From Tubiluchus corallicola (taxonomy: Eukaryota > Animalia > Priapulida): a stretch of DNA of 64,000 nt. Positions 1 to 25,030 of the stretch are shown piece after piece. Numbering within the stretch: the stretch's first letter is position 1; each line of letters begins with the position of its first letter. The notes under the pieces were generated by a model. It had not been told where the DNA came from, did no database searches, and saw nothing but the letters and a program-made list of their open reading frames with translations. The translations under genes were made by a program, and so were the position numbers. Location: positions 1 through 64,000 of the forward strand of contig JAQGDQ010002384.1 of assembly GCA_030141605.1 (NCBI GenBank). Direction: 5' to 3'.

Positions 1-173
1 TTAGGTAGTTGTAGGTGGATCGCTTGTGCTGGGGAACGCGATTCCAGGGGTGGGGCGGTTTGAAGGTGTAGTTGTGATATATGCCGGTCTCTATTTCGCG
101 AATTACCAAATTTTTGACCAGGTATTCTTCTTTTCCGCACTGGAAGGCATCTACGGTGAGAACTATGCTCGAT

Positions 174-404
174 TCAGACATCTGTGACGATGGGGGGTCC
201 TTCTACGCCGTCGGCAACGAGTTTTCCTTCGATGACGATTTGCTTGTGATTGTTCACAAATTCCAGAGACTTGATTTTTTCGAAGGTGTATTTTTTTATG
301 ACCTTGTTGGGGGCACTCTTGCGTGCGTTGGCGCGCTTGCCGCCCCGCGTCCCCGCTTGTTGTTGTTGCTTGCGAGGAACGGTGGTTAGAGGTTGTTTGA
401 AATC
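174..404 (-). CDS. Small element-encoded ORF/exon (DFKQPLTTVPRKQQQQ...GPPIVTDV*); a 5'-truncated copy lies at 714-920 (+)
   Basis: Preceded on the minus strand by ctataac...ttgttcttcttctcttgcag, a branch point, pyrimidine tract and AG. Its stop overlaps the ATG of the next ORF (ATGTCTGA). Confidence 0.45.
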   Translation of the reverse strand, partial: DFKQPLTTVPRKQQQQAGTRGGKRANARKSAPNKVIKKYTFEKIKSLEFVNNHKQIVIEGKLVADGVEGPPIVTDV

Positions 405-455
405 CTGCAAGAGAAGAAGAACAATAGTTATAGTATTGTTGTTCGCTAACGACAA

Positions 456-623
456 CTAGGCATTTTTGATGAGCCATTCTTTCAGATTTCTAGGTTTTTT
501 GGGGGCAGTGGGGGTGAGCACCATCGGCGGCGATGGAGGGGGCGTCGCGGAAATTACGAGTTTGTCTTCTTCTTTATCATCATCTTTCTCCTCTTCCTCC
601 TCCTCCTCTCGAAAGATGTCCAT
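456..623 (-). CDS. Acidic/Pro-rich element ORF or C-terminal remnant (MDIFREEEEEEE...TPPPSPP...APKKPRNLKEWLIKNA)
   Basis: Open frame in the spacer of the inverted duplication, with an acidic run, S/T-P sites and a basic NLS-like patch. The 5' end was probably lost at the 713/714 breakpoint. Confidence 0.4.
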   Translation of the reverse strand: MDIFREEEEEEEKDDDKEEDKLVISATPPPSPPMVLTPTAPKKPRNLKEWLIKNA

Positions 624-912
624 TCGTGTCCCTCTCTCGCGTCTGCTTTTACACGGAGGGGCGGAGGTGCCGACGTCCGTGTCTGGCAGACTTCTTTCCG
701 TCCAGTTTGTCCAGTTCCTCGCAAGCAACAACAACAAGCGGGGACGCGGGGCGGCAAGCGCGCCAACGCACGCAAGAGTGCCCCCAACAAGGTCATAAAA
801 AAATACACCTTCGAAAAAATCAAGTCTCTGGAATTTGTGAACAATCACAAGCAAATCGTCATCGAAGGAAAACTCGTTGCCGACGGCGTAGAAGGACCCC
901 CCATCGTCACAG

Positions 913-1425
913 ATGTCTGAATCGAGCATAGTTCTCACCGTAGATGCCTTCCAGTGCGGAAAAGAAGAATACCTGGTCAAAAATTTGGTAATTCGCGAAA
1001 TAGAGACCGGCATATATCACAACTACACCTTCAAACCGCCCCACCCCTGGAATCGTGTTCCCCAGCACAAGCGATCCACCTACAACTACCTAATCAGACA
1101 CATACACGGCATCTCGTGGGAGGAGGGAATGATCGAGTACGCAGAATTGGAAAACATTCTACGACAGACCACCAGAGGCAGGATCACCTACGTCAAGGGA
1201 GCAGAGATGTACGATTTCGTCAAAAAACATCTCCCCAAAAATCGCGTGGTCATACGCGTAGAGGATCTGGAAAGCGACCACCCGCCGCCCGCCATACGTT
1301 GGCAGAGCAACGGACGAGGCAGAGCGGTTCGGGCGTCCGAAACGATTGCCAACTATGTTCTAACGTGTCAGTCCAAACGGTCAACATCGTCGCCACGGCT
1401 TCGTTCTCGCAGCGCTTCGATCTGA
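913..1425 (+). CDS. DnaQ/DEDD-exonuclease-like protein of the type found in invertebrate Maverick/Polinton elements
   Basis: ATG at 913. The pattern VDAF...LVKNLVI...FKPPHPW...YLIRHIHGISWEEG.IEY..L...YVKG...VEDL resembles that family (recognised from memory, not searched). The native stop may have been near 1361-1363. Confidence 0.6.
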   Translation: MSESSIVLTVDAFQCGKEEYLVKNLVIREIETGIYHNYTFKPPHPWNRVPQHKRSTYNYLIRHIHGISWEEGMIEYAELENILRQTTRGRITYVKGAEMYDFVKKHLPKNRVVIRVEDLESDHPPPAIRWQSNGRGRAVRASETIANYVLTCQSKRSTSSPRLRSRSASI

Positions 1426-1955
1426 ACGAACTCCGGCGGAGAACGGGCGGAAGACGCTACGAAAGAAAACCGCAAATGCTTCTGCTAAAGCGACTGGGCG
1501 GGACGCTGATGATTTTTGCCTCCGGCTCCGTGGTGGCCAACGGTTTTTCGGAGGAAAAAGTACTACGCAATGCGATCGAAGAACTCTCGAAAGGTCTCGG
1601 ACTGACGCCCGCCGACGGGATCGCAATTCGCACCATCACCGCCAGAGCCAAAATTCGCTGCAGATTGAAACTGGGTGCACTGTACGAAGAACTCGTTCGT
1701 CCTTCGACGCATTCTTTTAGAGAAGTGTTTTACGAAGTGGAACTATTTCCCAAACTAACTTGCAAATGCGAGCAAATTACTCTGAACATTTTTCACACCG
1801 GAAGCATAATAATGATGGGCGGGACAAAGGTCGAGGATTTCTCTCACGTTTTCCGCAAATTTAACGAATTCGTTTTTAACAACAATAACGTTTGTCTGTA
1901 TCACATCGACGACGACGACGACAATCCATGTACTCGCTCGTCGTCATTAGTGTAG
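1355..1955 (+). CDS. Intronless, divergent TATA-box-binding-protein-like gene (core domain only) inside the mobile element; start codon is off-frame by 1 nt
   Basis: Both TBP repeats are visible: VNIVATASFSQRFDL...TLMIFASGSVVANG and IRTITARAKIRCRLKL...YEVELFPKL...LNIFHTGSIIMMG, compared with TBP NIVxT...ALIFSSGK and YEPELFPGL...LLIFVSGKVVLTG. Reading frame is that of ORF 954..1955. AATAAA at 2104 and 2151. Confidence 0.88.
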
Positions 1956-3371
1956 TTTTACTGTAATTTGCATAATTTGTGTAATTTGCGAAAAAAACGT
2001 AAAATGTAGAACTATCACGTCACCATAATAATAATAATAATCTAGTTTTAGCACGTATGTATTTTGCATAAAAAAATGTAAAAAAAATTTTTTGTAATCC
2101 ATCAATAAAAAAGATTTGTGAAAATGCATTTATCGAACTTTGGCGTTTGAAATAAATCTCCACACACACACACACACACACACATCTAAACCCGCGAGAG
2201 AAGTGGTCGCGGAAAAGGGAGGGCACCCGAGAGAGAGAAGTGGTCGCGGAAAAGGGCCGGCACTGCGCGAGTGGGGGGGGGGAAGATTTCCCTCATTGCC
2301 TGCAATGGACGATTCCACGTGACGGAGGGGTGGGTTGCAGGGGGGGTGTCCCCGACCCCCGGGACGGACGTTTGCACGCGGCGGAGGGGTGGCAGGGGCT
2401 CGCCAATTAGCGCCAATTAGCACTAATTAGTCCTCGGCGGGAACTCCACTTCTCCCTTTTTCTTCGTTTGAGGCGCTTTTTACCTCGTTTCACACACTTT
2501 CACACGCTTTCGCGCACTTTCACACACTTTCACGCGCTTTCACACACTTTCACATGCTTTCGCGCGGTTTTGCGCGGTTTAAAATGGGGTGTCAAAAAAA
2601 GAAGCCATCCAGGGGTCAATGAACTTTGGTCACGTGACCTAGAGTTCAAGGTCATTCGATCCAAATGAAGCCATGCGGGAGGGAAAAACTGCAAAATTTT
2701 TACCTCGTTTCACACGCCTTTTCTTCGTTTTTCTTTGTTTTTCGCGCTTTTTCGTCGATTTCGGTCACGTGCGCACTTTCACACGGGTTTTCACACTTTT
2801 TTAGGGGTTTTCGCGGATTTTCGCACTTTTTTAGGGGTGTTTTTCCCCACCCCCCCGGGCAGCCAAAGGGGGGGTGGGGAAATCGGCCAGAGGCAAAACA
2901 TCTATACTACTGAGGCCGAAATACCTGGGAAAGTTAAAGTTGTCCAAAAGTCCTGTAAGACCTTCACGACCTGGTAGAACCAGTACTTGACAATAATTAT
3001 TGAAATTATCTCTTTTACTGCATTTGTCACAGACTGGCAATGTTTAAAGCATGTGACGCAAATTGTGGCCTTCAACTATAGGTGACAGTAGGAAATTGTA
3101 ATAAAACCCATCGACCTGTTTTTGTGACTTGATTATAGCTTTTTAATATAAGGCTTAGTTCTAAAAATCCTAACGTTGATTGGGATAATATGTACAAAAC
3201 ATCCAGGTTACAGAATTCTTGAGATTCGAACACCAAACTATCACTGTCCGTTTGTTTTGGATTTTTTTTTGTAAAAAATAAACCAAAACAGGTACACCAG
3301 GGGAAAGTAATTTTTGTTATTATAATGGTTATTCTCGCGGTGATTTCCAAATAGTTGTTTTCTTTTTATAG

Positions 3372-17474
<14,103 letters not shown>

Positions 17475-18267
17475 ACAGATTAATTTTTGATGTAAACTGT
17501 CTGTGATGAGATATGTAAATAAATTTTATTGTTCAGTAAAACAGTAGCTTTTAATTGGCTTTTTTCCTTTTTAACTTATTGTTCAAACTAGCGATATTAT
17601 AATCAATATTGCACATGCAAAAGCATTAAAAGAACCTTTCTAAGATGATTAGCACTATTGGCACTAATTGGGAACTCTTCGCTCTCCGTTTACTAAATGT
17701 AGTGTTCGGCTAACTTCGTTTATTTTTAGATACAAATTGTCTCAAACAAGGCCATTAGCTACTCAGGGAAAGAGTTACAATAGGAGTGGAAATATGAGTA
17801 CATTTCCAGAACAAAAGTATTCTTGTAAGTTGAAAGGGAAACAATTTTATAGCAGGAGGTTTCACTGATAACTTGTGCATACACAGTCCATTTGAAGAGT
17901 TCCACTATTACCTGGTATAGACTGGAAAGCGAAGTTGACAAAGCACGCAGAAAAATATTATCATTGGTAGAGCATTCCAAGCTAACGGATATTCTTGAAA
18001 ACTTTAGATTTCCTTGGAAATCAAATCTCACAGTTTTCCGTCATCTGCAGAAGCTGTATTCCTCATATCTGTATAACCTCAAAGGCCTGTCTCCAAGAGG
18101 TGGATCTCGTGGGACTCATCGATACTTATAGCCCCTTTTTGCCCTTCATTCCAATGCAGAAATCGAAGTTTTAACAATGAGGAGATCATCCTTGTCAATG
18201 GCGGTTCCGATCTTTTAGAACTGGCGACCATTTCAAATACACTTGTGGGAAAATCACCAGTGTTATG

Positions 18268-18318
<51 letters not shown>

Positions 18319-19193
18319 ATGCGTGTGTCCAAAATCTTTCAACCAAGAGCTGTGTGTGTGCGTGCGTACGTGCGTGCGTGTGTATGTCCAAAATCTTTCA
18401 ACCAAGAGCCGTTGAATTTAACAAAATTCACTAACTGGAATAGTCAATAGAGTGATATAATTCACAAGTACTGCTGAGATGAACTAATAGATCATGCGAC
18501 TACAATACTGCAAAACTATCCGCTTGTTACAGAATAATTTTTTCGAAAGCTCACAATGACTTGGTCAAACCTAACATTAAAATTTCGTCTTCTGTCTGGA
18601 TCCTCAGGACTTTTTCTTCTGTCTTTTTGAATTGTCTTTCACAAAGCCAGTTCAGTCAAATTCTGTAGATGTTTCATGAAATCGCGCGTTTGTGTTTGAA
18701 GCAACCCTTCCCTATTCAGAATATGCTGGCCGACAGTATGGCTTCAAACAGTTCCATAAGATCAGAGAGTTATTCAACGTGTTGGGTTTTGCAAGGTTAC
18801 ACGTGTATGATACAGATTTCTTGTGACGTATCAGCACGACGAATAGGCCACCAATACCAGGTAAGAATTAAACATTTTGTAAATTAATTTCTCCCAATTT
18901 TCATTTACAGAATTTTGTAGTTTGTAAATTTTTGGAAAATTTGTTGATCGTGTTCACACTTATAAAAAAAGTTTTCATGAAATTATATATTCATTGCATT
19001 ATAGCTACTGTAGTCTCAGTGTATTTCAAGAAATTAAGATTACGTGTATTTTAGAAGTGAACTAAGTTTTACACCTAAATGTTAGTGGATTCTCACCTAG
19101 CATTAACGATAACCTACCATTTCTCTAGTTAACGTGCATTGTAGAACAACTTTAAAAAACGTTTTTTATTTGCCATCTGACAAAAACGTTTTT

Positions 19194-21543
19194 AGTGTGC
19201 ATGTCACGTTTAATTTTAGGTTATTGAGGCAAACATCACTTAGACTAGTACAGCAGTTTTTATTCGTTAATTTATAAAAGAGGTATATTTAAACTTTAGT
19301 CAATTATATTCAAAACATTAACGCAGTTACGTACTTAAGGCCTAAACTAATTGTAAGAGAGAAATTTTTAGACGATGCCACTGCATACATAAACCATAGG
19401 GAATACAGTAATATCAAATTTAATTATCGTCTTTTTATTCAGATTTTCAATTTAGAATAAACACTTGGCACTCACGACCAAGTGGTCACTAAGCTAACTG
19501 TGTTAAACCAATGACACACGGCCGCCAAAACACACAAACCCGCCGACGTCGGCCATGATAACTCTCCTTAACAGGGCTGTCTCTCCCATTAATGCAAACC
19601 AGGCAGTTGCGCAGGGCACCAAATTTTGGTTGGCGTCAAATTCTGGAAGTAATTATTTCATTTTGAAGTTTAGCTTAAGTAATAACATAGCGTATGTGTA
19701 ATAACATAGCTTAAGTAATAACATTGTGTATGTGTAATAACATAGCTTAAGTAATAAAATTGTGTATGTGTAATACCATAGCTTAAGTAATAACATTGTG
19801 TATGTGTAACATAGATTAAGTAATAGCATTGTGTATGTGTAGTAATATAGCTTAAGTAATAACATTGTGTATGTGTAATAACATAGCTTAAGTAATAACA
19901 TTGTGTATGTGTAATAATATAGCTTAAGTAATAACATTGTGTATGTGTAATAACATAGCTTAAGTAATAACATTGTGTATGTGTAATAATATAGCTTAAG
20001 TAATAACATAGCGTATGTGTAATAACATAGCTTAAGTAATAACATTGTGTATGTGTAATAATATAGCTTAAGTAATAACATAGCGTATGTGTAATAACAT
20101 AGCTTAAGTAATAACATTGTGTATGTGTAATAATATAGTTTAAGTAATAACATTGTGTATGTGTAATAATATAGCTTAAGTAATAACATTGTGTATGTGT
20201 AATAACATAGATTAAGTAATAACATTGTGTATGTGTAATAACATAGATTAAGTAATAACATTGTGTATGTGTAATAACATAGCTTAAGTAACAACATAGC
20301 GTATGTGTAATTCTTTAAGTGCGCAACACTAATCAAACGAAACGAACCATAATCTTTCTGTCGAAATGGATAATTCATCGATGCTAGGAAGTTAATTCCT
20401 ACAGCAAAACACTTTCTAGTTTAGTTTTATTTGTATTTCTAAGATTACATCATTCCACTCAGACATTTCTTGCGCGTGATTTTGCAAGCATTTTCTATTC
20501 TATGCATCGAGCAGCCTCGCTACGTAAGTGCTTATTGTAATGACCCTTACGTTAATAAACACTTCTTTCTATAGCATTTGTCTAATTATGCCAAATAAAC
20601 TTACAAGAGTCGAAGTGTTTAGGAGCGGAATTATACAGGAAATGAAAAGCAAGAAAGCTAGCGGGTGACGGGTGGCGGGTGGCGACAATGAACAGCAGAA
20701 AGATTCGCCAGTGAAGCATTTGCAACAAAACCAGAGTTATGAAGCAGATGAAGCTAGTGAAATGGATGTACACGAAGAAAGAAGTTAAAGTTTCAAGGAT
20801 TTCCTGACGAATAGCTGAGGGAAAATCTAAACAAGAAGAGCTGAAATCACAGAAATTTGATTGCTCCTGTAATAGGGTTATAAAGTCAGTTTCAAATTTA
20901 GTCAACACAATACAAGCTGTAGATAGGTAATTGACCACACTTAATTAGTTCACTATCACACATGCATAAGTCTAACACACAGGTACCATTATACTTTATT
21001 ATAATATCATACAAGAAAAATTCAAATTTGCTGATGCTGTGTGAACCGGGGTGGAAGGGGTTGACCGTTGTTCAAATTCCGTCAACACAGCACAAACTGT
21101 AGATCTATCACACATGCATAAGCCTAACGCACAGGTAGCATTATACTTTACTATAATATTATACAAGAAAAATTCAATTTTGCGGGTGCTGTGTGGACCG
21201 TGGAAGGGGTTGACCGTTGAAGAGGGGGCGCTAAAACTAATTTTCCCTAAGGCCTACTAAGGAAAATTGTGTTAGCCATGACCCCTTAGATCTGAATAAA
21301 AAGACGATACTTCAATTTGATATTACTGTACACCACATGGTTTATGTATGTATTTTAAATTTCTCTCATGCAATTAGCTTAGGTCTTAAGTACGTAATTG
21401 CGTTAATGTTTCGAACAGACATCAAAAATAATTCACTAAGAGTTTAAATATACCTGTTTTATAAATTAATAAATAAATACTGCTGTACTAGTCCAAGTGA
21501 TTTTTGCCTCTGTAATTTAAAATTAAACGTGATATGCACACTC
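19194..21543. mobile_element. Long-TIR (foldback/MULE-like) non-autonomous element
   Basis: About 250-bp diverged inverted repeats at 19194-19445 and 21290-21543 enclose a minisatellite and a roughly 115-bp direct duplication (20953-21070 / 21105-21218). No TSD identified. Confidence 0.6.
19670..20310. repeat. 36-bp minisatellite, about 18 copies
   Basis: Unit ATAGCTTAAGTAATAACATTGTGTATGTGTAATAAC. Confidence 0.95.
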
Positions 21544-23437
21544 AGACTACCTAGAGCCCACCCTGCTCGTTAAATTATAGAAGCCATTGAAAAGATTCAC
21601 ACTTGTGAAACTACTAGCTGTTCGCGTCTGTAGTGTAATGTAACTACAAAAACTTATAAATTAAGTATCTTAGCGCATTATATCGTTGTATGTAAAAATG
21701 TCCTACCGAAGAGAGACACTGCCAGTTCAAGCATTTTTCGTTCTTTGATTTGATACAGTGAGTTATCATTGATAGACGGTGCTATACTTAATTTCTCTAA
21801 GGAAAAAGCCAGAAAGGCACTTAGTATATATGCTAAACAGTCCGTTCATCGCTTATGTTTTCCTTTATTGCTATTTTGATGATTGCTGTTCATTGCTAGT
21901 TTTGCTGCTAGCTAAAATACTCGTGTTTATCTAACTGTCTTTCATGTTTGGCATCAAAATTTCATCAATTGTTGGTTTTTTCCATCCTTAAAGGAAGACA
22001 GGGTGATTTTTTTATATACCAGCCCATTTCAAGTCCGATAAAAGGGATACATTTTAACACAATTAATACCGCAAAAGTAGTTCTCATAATTAAATAATAG
22101 ATTAAAAATTTAATTAACGGCGGGCTAGCCCACCTATTGATGACATCACCAATTAACATAATTTTCAAAGGCAAAAATACTCCACTAGCTTGTTTGAACT
22201 GTTTGAAAAGTACAGTGGTATTCAGTGTGTTGTATCAAAGCAAGGCAAGTTTTAATATAAAAATTCAAATTTCAGAATAAGTGCTGTGCTCACGCATGAG
22301 CTGTCGAATGTTTGTAGTTCGTCGCAAACTAACGCATCTGAACAGAGAGGCACAGCACCTGTTTTTTGTGCATTGCGTTTCTGAAATGCAGGCGCTAGTG
22401 CCCGTCTAGCTAACGAATGGCGAAATGCATGTAACAGCGAAGAACTAGTGGCGCGAACGTGAAATTGTATTTCTGGGGTATTAATTATTTCACGTAAGTC
22501 ATTTTTGAAAAAAAGAGTATGTTTCCTTTCAATATTTTAAAGAGTAGATTGTTTTGACCTACAGTTTAAGATTAGGCCTGGTTTTACTTTAATAATAATA
22601 ATCTTGATTCTAGTTACTCAATTAAGTCATTAATTTTCCACAGAAATTTCAGGATCAAAATTGATGTTAATTGTTAGATTCACTCCAGTGTAAGAGGTCT
22701 AACAGTGGAAATGCTGAAATTAGTTTACCAAACAAAAAGAATGAACTTTGGGCTGCTTTAATCATTGGAAATAGGGAAATAGGGAGACAAAATCCAGGCT
22801 GTATCCCATCTATTTTCAAATTTCCTGTCTCTGGGCTTTAGTATCAAAATTTAATTTACTGTATCTTTGTTCCATCATTCATGTTCTGTCATTGTTTTAA
22901 TTTTGTCGGAAAAATTTATTTGACCCAACATCTTGGTCTGTGGATAGTTTTTTCCTAGAAACGGAGAAGGGTTTTTATGGGATATGAAAAAGGGTGGTTA
23001 TATTTTCACTGTTTGTGACGTTTTTCTGCCTAGACCCGAAGTCTCATTTTCATTTTCTTTTCGGGACTGTGCAGTGATTGTAAAATGCTTAGCAAGAAAA
23101 ACATTTTTACGTTTTAATTTGGTTTTCCCACAAAAATAAATCTGTGTATACGAGTTACGTGCCTATTCCGACAGAACTATAACTACAATGTATTACCGGT
23201 TTATTTCCTAAACGCTATTTCGCCAACTTAAACATCGAAATTTTAAGTTTCGAAGTTTTACAAACGACGAGTAAAATCATCAGCAATACAAGTGCACTAA
23301 TTCTCAGATTATTTTCCCACTAAACTGTGAATTTTACTCTTGTTGTTGGAGTGTGTCCCATTCTTTTGTGCTTGCTAAACTATTTTGGGATAAATTGCGC
23401 TAAGCATTCTTTCATGTAAGTCATTTTTGAAAAAAAA

Positions 23438-23676
23438 TAGTATGTGTCCTTTTAATATTTTAAAGAGTAGATTGTTTTGACCTACAGTTTAAGATTGGGT
23501 CCGGTTTTACTTTATATAGTATGTTTCCTTTCAATATTTTAAAGAGTAGATTGTTTTGACCTACAGTTTAAGATTGGGTCCGGTTTTACTTTATATAGTA
23601 TGTTTCCTTTCAATATTTTAACGAGTAGATTGTTTTGACCTACAGTTTAAGATTGGGTCCGGTTTTTACTTTATAT
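23438..23676. repeat. 79-bp tandem repeat x3, with a related single copy at about 22494-22590
   Basis: Unit TAGTATGTTTCCTTTCAATATTTTAAAGAGTAGATTG...TTTTACTTTATA. Confidence 0.9.
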
Positions 23677-23805
23677 TATACTTTATATATTTTACTTTAA
23701 TTTATAACACGGAATTATATAGAATAATTTTTGCTTGCATTACAATTTTTTTCTACTAATGATTGATAACTAACGATCATGAAAATACTCGATTATTTTT
23801 GCAGT

Positions 23806-24984
23806 ATGCAGGGGATAGGTGTTTGCCTGGTATTGGTATTACTGGCAGGACTATCATCTACTGAAACTCAGCCAGGTAAGTATTAATTTGGTTTCACATT
23901 TTAAATACAGTTTGACGTCGGTTAGTTAAATTATTTCGCCATTATTAGGTGTAAGACATTAAGAAAATGAACATATCTGTATCTCTATAAGTTCAGCAGT
24001 TGTTTCACTGATTGTTTGATTGGTTTTTTTCAACATGAAATTTTGACAGCAAATGTCTGGAGAATCTTAATTAACGCTGGCGCAATTTTTGGCAAATTCT
24101 TTTTTTCATTTACGGTTTGTGTGGGATTTTGATAAAAGTAAATCAAATGTTATTGATATGAACCTTTGTTTCCGTGCCTGTGCCGTTAATGAAACACCAT
24201 TGTTTAGTAGCCAAATTAGCGATGTTACTATGTTTTAAATGTGTTAATCAGAATTTAACAATCCATTGCGATTCCTTCCATCTACGATTAACAGCTATCT
24301 GTTGGTGAGCATAAACCGCAATCGTTTGTTAAATTCTTTGTTTTCACACTACAATCAAAGACTAATTATCCAAAACACCATATTATGGTTAGGTAATTAG
24401 TAATTACAGTAAACAGTTAAGTGTAAGTAAACTAACAGTTCCCTTGGTTGGTGACCTAATATTATGCAATAATGAACGCTAATCCTAAAGAATTTTAAGA
24501 TACTTTTCTTTCAACTCTTTTTTTTCATAACTAAACATACATGTTTATCCACTTTTGCTAGCTTCAAGCGGAAAATTAATTTTTTTTCTTCCTTTGACTC
24601 TAGGTCCTCATAATATTAATTTTAAATACGTAAAGGTTAAATTATTATTAAAAGATAGGCACGTGTGTCTCTTCTTTCCCATTATTGAACATTATTTTAT
24701 TATAAACTAACACATTCGTATAACGTTCAATTTTCATTCGTCTTAAATGCAAAATCTGATAATTTTTTATTATCTGATACATGCGCATTAACTAATTAAT
24801 TATATTAGTAACAATTCTGAGAGGGTGGCTGACCTCGATGACTTATAGTTCTTTCGCCACCCTTTCACCACTAATCAATAATTACTTTTGCACTTTGTAA
24901 TGTTGTATTATTGTATGTTGTATAGATTTATAAATCTGTTAGTTATGTATTTTGCTATTTTAAAAATGGTGATAAACTAATAAA

Positions 24985-25030
<46 letters not shown>

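Larger units (their letters stand above)
1..1093. repeat. Inverted duplication: arms 1-380 and 714-1093, 333-bp spacer
   Basis: 1-380 is the reverse complement of 714-1093, giving identical ORF translations on opposite strands. One mismatch seen (38 vs 1056). The left arm is cut by the window edge. Confidence 0.97.
1..2911. mobile_element. Right end of a Polinton/Maverick-like (adintovirus-like) element; left part lies outside the window
   Basis: GC-rich, ORF-dense block ending ...CATCTATACTACT at 2911. Its reverse complement AGTAGT is the canonical Polinton terminus. Subterminal short repeats and hairpins occur at 2160-2890, and composition shifts to AT-rich host DNA afterwards. It contains an ORF type typical of invertebrate Mavericks. 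No pPolB, integrase or capsid gene is in the window and the TSD cannot be verified. Confidence 0.72.

Noticed and set aside
1-20. TTAGG at the window start as a telomere
   Set aside because: Single copy, and it is simply the mirror of 1089-1093.
81-1013. ORFs 81..389, 163..477, 250..459, 466..798, 533..931, 554..844 and the 5' part of 456..1013
   Set aside because: Antisense or alternative-frame shadows in GC-rich DNA, doubled by the inverted duplication.
954-1352. N-terminal 133 aa of ORF 954..1955 as a TBP extension
   Set aside because: Arg/Gln-rich shadow frame of the overlapping DnaQ-like ORF; TBP similarity starts only near 1365.
17660-18890. Possible retroelement coding remnant
   Set aside because: No diagnostic motif recognised in any frame.
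19653-20378. 241-aa LLLKLCYYTYTM repeat ORF
   Set aside because: Stop-free frame of a 36-bp minisatellite; no splice, signal or promoter support.
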